A stretch of 64,000 nucleotides of DNA from Pecten maximus (Eukaryota), in assembly GCF_902652985.1 (NCBI RefSeq), contig NC_047015.1, forward strand, positions 28,706,001-28,770,000. Reading direction: 5' to 3'. Below are positions 13,901 to 25,213 of this stretch, one piece after another. Each line of letters starts with the position of its first letter. The stretch's first letter is position 1. The notes under the pieces were generated by a model. It saw only the letters and a program-made list of their open reading frames with translations. It had not been told where the DNA came from and searched no databases. The position numbers were made by a program, and so were the translations under genes.

Positions 13901-16900
13901 AGCAAACATTCAACAAAAACTTTACAAAGAAAATAAAATATCTTTCATTAATTTGGTAATTTCAAATTGACAAGAAAGTACTCAAAAAATTTAAAACACT
14001 AACATGTAATATCTATATTTATAATTAATGAATCTGTCCTAATATCACATCAGTCTCTCTCAGTGTATTTATTTGAAAATTACTGATACAATGAATTAAG
14101 CTTTAAAGTTATGAAAAACAAATTATTACATGACACAATTAATAAGTATGTTTTTCAAGAACCTTGAAATAATGTGAGTTGTTAAATGTTTACTGAGCTA
14201 AATGTATATGAAGTGAACCACAATTCACTCATAAAGCACCTATAACTGTAAAAACCACTGTTGCAAAACATTATCAGGAGTAACGTTTCTAAAAAATATA
14301 TATAAAAAAAACTAAGACTTTCCCTTCATAACAGAAATTAAAAGTTTCAACCACTGTGTTTTGTTATTACCTCTATCAGAGTAAAACAATAACATTACAA
14401 TTCGGTAGGTCCTACAATAACATATGTTACTGCCCGTAAACAGAAGGCTGTGCTGACTTGTCACTCACACCCATGTCACTCTTTTGGTTTGTTTGGTTTG
14501 TTTTTTGTTTAACGTCCTATTAACAGCCAGGGTCATTTCAGGACGTGCCAGGTTTTGGAGGTGGAGGAAAGCCGGAGTACCCAGAGAAAAACCACCGGCC
14601 TACGGTCAGTACCTGGCAACTGCCCCATGTAGGTTTCGAACTCGCAACCCAGTGGCGGAGGGCTAGTGTTAAAGTGTCGGTACACCTTAACCACTCAGCC
14701 AGCGCGGCCCCTATGTCACTCCATTTGGCTTTCTGTGTATAGCATTCTTTACAAACATCAACTGAGTTAACCAGTGTAAAACACATATTCATAGAACATT
14801 TATATACTATAGGCTCGTACATCGTACATCACTATATCTTAAACCCATTTCACTATTTATAAGAAATTACAGTTCAAAGAGTATGAAAATCACTTTAAAA
14901 AGATCAAAATCAATAATCAAAGGACACAGCTCTGTTTTGATAGCTATAATGTGACAAATCCCACCTGTCTGGAAAACTCTAAAAATGGATAAACTTATCT
15001 GGGAATGGAGATGTGTAGATAATGAGATATCCCTAAATATAATAAGGATTATGTTTTGCATTTCTGTATTTGGGAGGGGTTGGGTTGGGGTGGAAGTGGG
15101 GTGGGGGGTAACAGACAGACTTTTTTCTGAGTGTTTGCATACAATTTTAATAAAACATTACAAGTGTCCCAATATATTGTCCTAATTGCAATTAGGAGAT
15201 AATGTATAAGCCACAGATCCTTCTGGCATACTGAACGAAAATTGTGTGAAGATAGCCTTACCTGACTGATAGTACTCCTGGAGGGCACTAGAGGATATTT
15301 TGCCTGCATCAGCAGCAGTCTTGGCAGCTTGTCTGAGGATTAATTGTAACTGTTCAAATGTCTGGCGCCAGTTTTCTGTGTCTTTCGCACGTGGCTCATC
15401 GCACCCAGGTGAGTAGTCTCCAAAAAATGTAAACTGAGATCTGATTGGCTGGAATCATATAGTATCATTTTGTTCAGGATGATGAATAATTATTTTTTCT
15501 TTCAGTAAGAATAAAAACAACAACACTTTAATTCATATTTCCAAAGGAAAATTATTTGTTTATCAAATTTCACTGTTATGCCCATGTCATTTGATTATTT
15601 TGTTTAATGCCTATTAACAGCCTGGGTCATTTATGGATGTGCCAGGTTTTGGAGGTGGAGGAAAGCCGGAGTACCCGAAGAAAACCACAGGTCTACGGAC
15701 AGTACCTGGCAATTGCCCGATGTGGGTTTCGAACTCTCAGCCCAGAGGTGGAGGTCTAGTGATAAGGTGTCGGGACACCTTAACCACTCAGCCACCGCGG
15801 TCCTCTGCCCATGTTACACATTAACAATTTGTAGAACTTAATTAATGCTAACATATGAAAAAAAAATATCAAAATTTCTCCAAAGCAGCTGCTATACACT
15901 GAACTTTCATTTTTTTTTCTCCAATTTTAGGCTTATACATGTCATTTAATGAGGAGTTGCAGTATACAATATATTAACTTATCCATTACATGTAAACAAC
16001 TTATCCAGAACATGTCAATAACTTAAGTTTGGGGTATACAAGATATTATCTTGACTTATAAGTAACCTACAAGTAATATGCATGAACTTATGTGAACAAT
16101 CACATGAATTACCTACAACTTACGCCCAGTATAAGGGTATTTCAGTATGCTGTTAACAAAACTTATAACTTATCAGGTATATTTCAACCCATATGCCATA
16201 TAAAAGTTTTTAGTGTGTGACAGCTAGGGCCTTTTCTACTCAAAACTGAACAAAGAAGATATCAATGAAGAAGAGGCAATATTCACTCACAGCATCAAAG
16301 ATCCAACTTAACATTGTATTTGATCAGATATTATCTAAGTAGGGATGGAGTACAGTGGTGATGGGGAGTTCTGTTGTGTATTTAAACTGATTACACTCCC
16401 TTAAACACACCTGTAGGATATACTGTGGGGGTTGGCTATTGTCATCCTTCTTGTACCAGGTATGTAGCAGCTTTGTATGTTCAGGATTGGTAGTGTAGCT
16501 GGTAAGTAGTGTAAAGTCCTCCGACGATATCTCAGTAGGGATGGGACGGAAGCCGTATCGGGAGCCTTTTATAAGCTGGAAGAGATATTTTGTTGATTTA
16601 GGGATACTTACACTGTAAACCCATCTGAAGATACCAAAGTATAAAATCTTTCAGAAAAAACAGGTAATTGTGATTGGTAAACATTTACAACAACAGATGA
16701 TTATAGTTTAAGATCATGTGATGTGGGACAAAATGTTAAATGAAATAGTAATTGTCAAAGACTGAAAATAGGAACACCTTAATGTAACATTTGGATAATT
16801 GGACCTTCATTTCTGATAAATATGTACAAATATAATGATCCACAGAGATTCTTTATGAGTTAAAAGGAACTGGTACTGTAAGGAAATTGGAAACTAGTTT

Positions 16901-19900
16901 TCCAGCCTAGAACTGTGAGCCACACACTACTTAATGCTTCCTCCCTACCCTTCATCGCCTACCACTCACCCCCGCCTAGAACTGTGAGCCACACACTACT
17001 TAATGCTTCCTCCCTACCCTTCATCGCCTACACTCACCCCCACCTAGAACTGTGAGCCACACACTACTTAATGCTTCCTCCCTACCCTTCATCGCCTACC
17101 ACCCACCCTGCCTAGAACTGTGAGCCACACACTACTTAATGCTTCCTCCTTACCCTTCATCGCCTACCACTCACCCCCACCTAGAACTGTGAGCCACACA
17201 CTACTTAATGCTTCCTCCCTACCCTTCATCACCTACCACTCACCCCGCCTAGAACTGTGAGCCACACACTACTTAATGCTTCCTCCCTACCCTTCATCGC
17301 CTACCACTCACCCCACCTAGAACTGTGAGCCACACACTACTTAATGCTTCCTCCCTACCCTTCATCGCCTACCACTCACCCCGCCTAGAACTGTGAGCCA
17401 CACACTACTTAATGCTTCCTCCCTACCCTTCATCACCTACCACTCACCCCGCCTAGAACTGTGAGCCACACACTACTTAATGCTTCCTCCCTACCCTTCA
17501 TCGCCTACCACCCACCCTGCCTAGAACTGTGAGCCACACACTACTTAATGCTTCCTCCCTACCCTTCATCGCCTACCACTCACCCCGCCTAGAACTGTGA
17601 GCCACACACTACTTAATACTTCCTCCCTACCCTTCATCGCCTACCACTCACCCCACAAAAAAGCCAATGCAGGTTAAAGCAAACAATAATATAAAGCAAG
17701 GAGTTTTCCATGCAAAAATATTTCAAGGTGATGCGACTTGAGGAATGAGATGGTTGCATAAAAACTTGTATTTACTCTTAGGGAAGTATCTGTGTGGGCT
17801 TCTCCATGTGAGGTATAATACATTACCCACCACAAAGTTAGGTCCCAGGGAGATTTTCTGACAGTTTTCCACCTCCAGTAAGCAAATCTTCTCCACACTG
17901 TGGTCATTCTGACTGTCGTCTGTCACACCCCACCTCATGTCCACCATCTGGAAATCAAGGTCATGTTCCGCACAGAAGTCTCGCAGTTTTGGTGTTGCCT
18001 CCCGAACAATTGCATTTCGCTCTGCCCGCATGTCTGCCCAAACAAAATAACATAAAATACTATGTTTAGAGAAGACAGAGACCTATATACTAAATTTAAA
18101 CTTAATATAGGTCTCTGGTGAAGATCAGTATATGTTGTATCAACTAAATGAACAGTCCAGCTGTTAGAGAAATTCTGGAGATTATCTGATCTTCGAATAA
18201 CAGTGCAACAGTAAACACAATGTCTGATTAAACAAATGAACCCTTAATGTTAAGTACTCCAAACAAGAAATGAAACCAAGAAAAAACCAGTACAAACCAC
18301 AGGTTACATAGAGACCCATAACTGATGTCTACGTGTTGAACACAAGATGTATCCACCAGGATTAAAGTGTCTTTCTGGTGGTTTTATCAAAGGACAAAGT
18401 TCAGTATGGTATCAATATTTGGAATTGACCTGTTCATGGCCCATTTATTTATATCTGAACTGATGAATTTTGAGGTCCTTTCATCGTGCTTATCTATTCA
18501 TCTAAACATAAACGAGTATCATTTGAGGACCTGGTTCGTTGAAGGACCTTACCAGTAAATTTGAAAACAACATTCATTACAATAACCAGACTTTGTACAA
18601 CATATAACATCTGTACATAACCTTCATTACCATAACTTGGCTTTGTACAACATATCACATCTGTACACAACCTTCATTACAATAACCCAACTTTGTACAA
18701 CATATCAAATCTGTACACAACCTTCATTACAATAACCTGACTTTGTACAACATATCACATCTGTACACAACCTTCATTACAATAACCCGACTTTGTACAA
18801 CATATCACATCTGTACACAACCTTCATTACAATAACCTGGTTTTGTACAACATATAACATCTGTACACAACCTTCATTACAATAACCTGACTTTGTACAA
18901 CATATCACATCTGTACACAACCTTCATTACAATAACCCGACTTTGTACAATATACCACATCTGTACACAACCTTCATTACAATAACCCGACTTTGTACAA
19001 CATCACATCTCTACACAACCTTCATTACAATAACCCGACTTTCTACAACATATAACATCTCTACACAACCTTCATTACAATAACCTGGCTTTGTACAACA
19101 TATAACATCTGTACACAACCTTCATTACAATAACCTGACTTTGTACAACATATCACATCTGTACACAACCTTCATTACAATAACCCGACTTTGTACAACA
19201 TATAACATCTCTACACAACCTTCATTACAATAACCCGACTTTGTACAACATATCAAATCTGTACACAACCTTCATTACAATAACCAGACTTTGTACAACA
19301 TATAACATCTGTACACAACCTTCATTACAATAACCTGACTTTGTACAACATATCACATCTGTACACAACCTTCATTACAATAACCCGACTTTGTACAACA
19401 TATCACATCTGTACACAACCTTCATTACAATAACCCGACTTTGTACAACATATCACATCTGTACACAACCTTCATTACAATAACCTGACTTTGTACAACA
19501 TACCACATCTGTACACAACCTTCATTACAATAACCTGACTTTGTACAACATACCACATCTGTACACAACCTTCATTACAATAACCCGACTTTGTACAACA
19601 TACCACATCTGTACACAACCTTCATTACAATAACCTGACTTTGTACAACATACCACATCTCTACACAACCTTCATTACAATAACCCGACTTTGAACAATG
19701 TATCACAATGGCAGTATATCTTTACTATAAACTGGTTTACTAAAATCAACTAACCCGAGAATGTTGAGCTGATGAAGATTCGGACGATAGATCTGGGAAT
19801 GTTTGGGATGTTGTCTAGTTCTCCTTTTATCATCCTTCTAAACTGTTCCTCTGCCTCTTGATCAAACCCCTCCTTCACTGTGAAAACAAATAATCTACCT

Positions 19901-22900
19901 TACCAACACATATAAAGATGGTACGCAATATATGGAAATGTTTGATAATTATTCTATAAATGTTCTCATTCACAGGCTCAGCAATGATTTGCAATCTTTG
20001 AACCAAGGCATAAACTGGATTATTGAACAACAGACCTGAATTCATCTATCTATGATAGTTTGATTAATGTAACACAAGAAAGTTAGAGAATTAATATAAT
20101 TTCTATTACAACTCATACATTTAACTCAAAATAATTTTTCTTAGTTATTTAAATTATGCTTTATCAGTAAAAATATCAGATGACTCACGCATTGACTGAC
20201 TAGCTGCATTTGCCCTGGCTGTCGTCCTGTAAAAAATATTAAATTTGTCACTGTTTTAACCGATGAAATCAGCATTTAATATCTAACAATGTCTTCAGTA
20301 ATACCAAATATATTTCACGAATGAGGCTAATATTTTGATATTGTTCAACAGTACGCAGCACGAGTGAAAATAGATCAAAGTATTAACCTCACAAGTAAAA
20401 TACACTTGGTATTACTGATTAAGATACTGCTAGTTTATTACATTTTATAGCAAAATATACCAGGTCAGCTTTTAATTTTCCCTGATGTCCTTTGTAAGCA
20501 GTGGTCTGTTTGGTCAAATCAGAAAAAGTGACATTATTCACTAGTGATAAGAATGAATAATTTTCGAAATTTTACTGGTCAAAATGTAATAAAAGAATAT
20601 TCTCATGTCACAATATAGATTAAACAATTACTAAACAGACGAATACACCAATAGGTGTTGTAGGAGAGATCCAGGCATTAGTTTGTGATAATCTCAATTC
20701 AATAATAATTTTGCTGTCAGAAATTTAAAGCAAACAATAGCAGACAAATATACCATAAATTGACCTACGTAGGACATAACCTACCATACATCAACCCATA
20801 TAGGACATAACCTACCATACATCAACCTATGTAGGACATAACCTACCATACATCAACCCATATAGGACATAACCTACCATACATCAACCTACGTAGGACA
20901 TAACCTACCATACATCAACCCATATAGGACATAACCTACCATACATCAACCCATATAGGACATAACCTACCATACATCAACCCATATAGGACATAACCTA
21001 CCATACATCAACCTATGTAGGACATAACCTACCATAATCAACCATAAACCCACCCGTGTATTAGATAATCTACAATATATCCATCCATGTATTAGATAAT
21101 CTACCATAAATCCACCCATGTATTAGATAATCTACAATAAATCCACCCATGTATTAGATAATCTACCATTAATCCTTTCATGTATTAGATAATCTACAAT
21201 AAATCCACCCATGTATGAGATAATCTACAATAAATCGACCCGTGTATTAGATAATCTACCATAAATCCGCCCATGTATTAGATAATCTACCATAAATCCA
21301 CCCATGTATTAGATAATCTACAATAAATCCACCCATGTATTAGATAATCTACCATTAATCCAACCATGTATGAGATAATCTACCATAAATCCACCCATGT
21401 ATTAGATAATCTACAATAAATCCACCCATGTATTAGATTATCTATCATAAATCCACCCATGTATTAGATAATCTACAATAAATCCAACCATGTATTAGCT
21501 AATCAACCAGAAACCCACCCATGTATTAGATAATCTACCATAAATCCACCCATGTATTAGATTATCTATCATAAATCCACCCATTATTAGATAATCTACA
21601 ATAAATCCACCCATGTATGAGATAATCTACAATAAATCCACCCATGTAATAGATAATCTACAATAAATCCACCCATGTATTAGATAATCTACAATAAATC
21701 CACCCATGTATTAGATAATCTACCATTAATCCAACCATGTATGAGATAATCTACCATAAATCCACCCATGTATGAGATAATCTACAATAAATCGACCCAT
21801 GTATTAGATAATCTACAGTAAATCCTACCATGTAAAGTATCTACCATATAGAACCTTTATCCTATCCTGCTTATAATTCAGACAAACATTGAGACATTTT
21901 CTCTAAGACATAACAGTATATATACTGCTTCCTGTGTAAACCTACTTGGACCTCTCCTGTGTTGGTTTCTTTGACGACTGGCTCTGTTGTGAACGCGGGG
22001 TAGCGCTTTGAGACTTTCCCTAAACACAAAGACAAACTTAAATTTAGAAGAAGCAAAAATGGATTTTGCTACGAAGAATGTTCAACAGGTAAATCGGATG
22101 ATCCACTTTACAATATGTCATCAGAATTTGAGCCAATCCAAGCCTCAGTAAGACTGAATTCAATTTATACACTACTCTAAAATGCTTTCCATTCCATTCC
22201 ATTCCCAAGATATAAAATAATGCATTTCATAAATTGTAATTCAGATATTTGATTAATAAAGATTATATAAAATGTTGAACAAAATTCCATTTAAGGGAGA
22301 TAACTCTAGCACAAGTCACTGGTTTTACACCAAGAAAGTGTGTAGTATGTTTCTACTACAGTGAGTATACATGTACCTTATAATAAAATCAAAGGAGGAG
22401 TCATGTCTTTTCAAACCTGGTGTTCTTGGCCCTGTAAAAAATACACAAGTTTAGTGATTTGAAATAACCAGAGGGCCTGTATTGATCACCTAGACTTCAG
22501 CAAATATGACAAAAACTCATGTCCAAATTAAATTATACACAAAATTTTCCAGTGTCGGATCTGCCAAAACAGTACAAAGCCATGTAGTAATGAAATTAAT
22601 GAACATTTAGCTTTCTGATTCAAAAGAAGATTAAAAGGAAATTAGTTGAAATTGGTTTACATAAATATAGCTTAATTGATAGTTTTTGGTCCCATCCCTG
22701 TGGCCCCTTGGGGGTCAGCCCCATCATTTTTATAAAGTTAAATCCAAATCACCTAGGGATGTTGCCACTGAAATATAAATGTCATACATTGCTTAGTTTC
22801 AGAGAAGAAGTTGTTTAATATGAATATTGCCACATGGACCTCTTTTGGCCCTGCCTATCAGGCCCCTGGGGGATTGGCCCTATCATCTGCATAAATTTGA

Positions 22901-23331
22901 ATCCCAGCCACATAGGGATACTTCCTACCAAATTCAGTTAATTTCTGAACAGCAGTTAAGCAGAAGAAGTCAATTATAACCAGATGGACCCCGTGGGACC
23001 AAGTAAGCTAAAAAATTTGAAATGAAAATTGAAAGATAAATTTGGTGAAATTTTGATTTTAAGTGAAATACACAAGACATCCTTGTTCCTGCTTTGCTGA
23101 ACATGAAAACATCCACTTGTAAGAATATACCCTAGCTCTCTAGAAATGTAAGCCAAAATACCACCACTTCCTTCCATATAAAATACATGATCTTTATAAT
23201 TATATCACAATGTAGACCTAACTCAAAAAGAAAATCCTGAAGGGATAATTTGCAAGTGTAAATCTGATTGAGACAAATAACAATTTAAAAAACATCCCAC
23301 CTGGTGGCATTTTTCTGCTTTTTGAAGACAT
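4972..23331 (-). CDS. NACHT and WD40 repeat protein (NWD1/NWD2-like), paralog A; two apparent -1 frameshifts (pseudogene or consensus errors)
   Basis: GT-AG coding exons in transcription order: 23331-23301, 22431-22377, 22019-21946, 20226-20189, 19877-19755, 18033-17831, 16575-16411, 15448-15262, 13200-13046, 9365-5380, 5196-4972 (TAG). Motifs: RIFISSTFSDMRAERN..VDMRWGV (DUF4062-like), Walker A APSGAGKTS, Walker B VILLDSLDQL, WD40 repeats. Exon-by-exon colinear with paralog B. Frame breaks near 22378 and 7921; ~1747 aa if repaired. Confidence 0.85.
9585..10171 (+). mobile_element. Helentron-type non-autonomous element (HINE/DINE-like)
   Basis: Starts AACAAGAGGCCCAATGGGCC (hairpin) then GCTCACCTG. 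Has internal ~130-bp related repeats and a GACGG-type microsatellite, and ends TGCC..GGCAGGTTAGCTAAAAA (hairpin plus subterminal inverted repeat). Confidence 0.65.
10190..12860. repeat. 29-bp minisatellite (~90 copies) in NWD-A intron
   Basis: Unit ACTGATRATATACACTACCACAACTCCTT; degenerate units also at ~9450-9584. Confidence 0.95.
14482..14712 (-). mobile_element. tRNA-derived SINE with V-domain-like core, full length
   Basis: Minus strand: A box TGGCTGAGTGG, B box GAGTTCGAAAC, core GGGTACTCCGGCTTTCCTCCACC, (CAAAC)n tail. TSD ATGTCACTC at 14473-14481 and 14713-14721. Confidence 0.85.
15588..15805 (-). mobile_element. Same SINE family, second copy
   Basis: Homologous to 14482-14712; TSD TGCCCATGT at 15579-15587 and 15806-15814. 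Confidence 0.85.
16906..17656. repeat. 68-69 bp minisatellite (11 copies)
   Basis: Unit CCTAGAACTGTGAGCCACACACTACTTAATGCTTCCTCCCTACCCTTCATCGCCTACCACTCACCCCG. Confidence 0.95.
18568..19700. repeat. 50-bp minisatellite (~22 copies)
   Basis: Unit CCTTCATTACAATAACCCGACTTTGTACAACATATCACATCTGTACACAA. Confidence 0.95.
20295..20418. mobile_element. Imperfect ~50-bp-arm palindrome, MITE-like
   Basis: TCAGTAATACCAA...TGAGGCTAATATTTTGAT pairs with ATCAAAGTATTAACCTCA...TTGGTATTACTGA; TTTATTACATTTT / AAAATGTAATAAA inverted pair nearby (20434-20592). Confidence 0.45.
20762..21850. repeat. 31-bp minisatellite with two adjacent subfamilies (~9 + ~26 copies)
   Basis: ACCCATATAGGACATAACCTACCATACATCA then ACCCATGTATTAGATAATCTACCATAAATCC. 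Confidence 0.9.
22466..23015 (+). mobile_element. Helentron-type non-autonomous element, degenerate
   Basis: Starts CCAGAGGGCCTGTATTGATCACCT, ends GACC..GGGACCAAGTAAGCTAAAAAA; internal ~170-bp repeats; termini resemble 9585-10171 and 63198-63612. Confidence 0.55.
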
Positions 23332-23718
23332 CACCTCACTGTGGTATCTGCAATAAAAGTTCATCAAATCACTGTATTAAATCAAATCACTGTATTACAT
23401 CAAATCAGTGCCTTATATCAAATTACTGTATCAAATAAAATCATTGTTTCTCATCAAACCACTGTATTACACAACATCAGTAAAAAAAAATATATAGGTC
23501 TCTGTATTACACATTAGTAAAACCAAAATATAGGAAACTGTTACTGAACTTATACATAGAAAAAAAAAAAAAAAAAATGCTTGGTAAAACATAAAACATG
23601 TAAATACACAAATTTTAGTTGGAAAAACCATCATCTTATAACTATATTAAATATTTCCTTCAAAATTTACTTACTGAATCTGCTCATTAATTTAGCCTAC
23701 ACCTGCATCTTCAATCAT

Positions 23719-24160
23719 AGTGACATACATTATTTTAAAGGGACATACATTATCACAAAGTGACATACATTATTATAAAGTGACATACATTATTACAAAG
23801 TGACATACATTATTACAAAGTGACATACATTATTACAAAGTGACATACATTATTACAAAGTGACATACATTATTACGAAGTGACATACATTATTACAAAG
23901 TGACATACATTATTACAGTGACATACATTATCATAAAGTGACATACATTATTACAAAGCGACATACATGTACATTATTACAAAGCGACATATTATTACAA
24001 AGTGACATACATTATCACATTGACATACATTATCACAAAGTGACATACATTATTACGAAGTGACATACATTATCACAAAGTGACATACATTATTACAAAG
24101 TGACATACATTATTACGAAGTGACATACATTATTACAAAGTGACATACATTATCATAAAG
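23719..24160. repeat. 20-bp minisatellite (~22 copies)
   Basis: Unit AAGTGACATACATTATTACA. Confidence 0.9.
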
Positions 24161-24567
24161 AAGTCAATAAATGTTCCCTTTAATTGAGCACTGACCTAAA
24201 ATAGACACCGGTCAATTAAACGTACAACAATGTCATTACATATACGATGTACACGAATCGGTGTATATAGATATATATCAACCATCTCGCACTGAAATTA
24301 AGTAATGACAGGGAGAACGATTGTAGTTTGTGTATAACACCTCAACACATACAGTGTTGTTGACTCTACCTGTAGATCTAGCAGTGTACATATGTACACG
24401 TACAAAAATTGTACATTATGCTTCATAAAAAACAGCCACTTTGCCAAACTTATTGCTATATCTTTAAATAACGATGTACTGGAGTTAAACCGTTGGTTGC
24501 ATGTCAAGTCACATGTTTGCATACCGATATATATGTCCGTCCATTACAACACAGGTACAAATCTTAC

Positions 24568-24643
24568 CTTCTGACTGCCGGACAGGTAACATCAGGCTGC
24601 CATGTTTGTTTACCCGGGTGACAGCGGCCAGGGTAGATAACTA
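24568..24643 (-). promoter_or_regulatory. Putative non-coding first exon / proximal promoter block of NWD-A
   Basis: AAG|GTAAGA donor at 24568/24567. A 43-bp block (24601-24643) is 37/43 identical to 45170-45212 upstream of NWD-B and contains forkhead-like TGTTTGTTTAC. Confidence 0.55.
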
Positions 24644-25213
24644 GGTGTTGTAACACAGTATTCAAACCAGTGGGGTCCTGTATACAGCTGACAACATACC
24701 GGACTCACATGAGTTGGTCACTATATATAGCAGCCAACCCGAACGTTTTCAGAACGCTCATTAGTCAAAGATCGATTCTGATATATATCCTAACAGATCA
24801 TTTATGAATGAGCTGCTAAAAACACCTTTTGGTTACACAGACTAACATATGCTGGGTGTTACATATACGGTATCTTCAATTAATCGAACCTATCTTCAAA
24901 TAATTGAAATTAGGTTAAATTCATTGAATATATGTTAATTTTGCGTTCCATACGCCAAAATAATCCCATGTGGTGTAATGGAGGTTCAGATTATACATAC
25001 ATCCTCTTCAATTCATTCAGGCAAACATCGCGGCTTATATGATGAAAATTATACAGGACATTTTTAATGAATGTCAACCATGCTGAACTACGATGACAAC
25101 CTAAAACATATATAGTTCAAATCAACTGACATCTCTAAATATCCTGTGTTAGTGTCATCAGTCGAAACTCGTGGACATGATGATATTGGTAACAAACCAT
25201 TGAAGTCATTCAT

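Noticed and set aside
14600-14712. tRNA-like A and B boxes
   Set aside because: SINE head with core, tail and TSD, present in three copies; not a tRNA gene.
18568-19760. 50-bp array as another donor-derived repeat (shares TAACCCGA with the donor at 19751-19758)
   Set aside because: Only an 8-nt match, and the array stops ~55 bp short of the junction.
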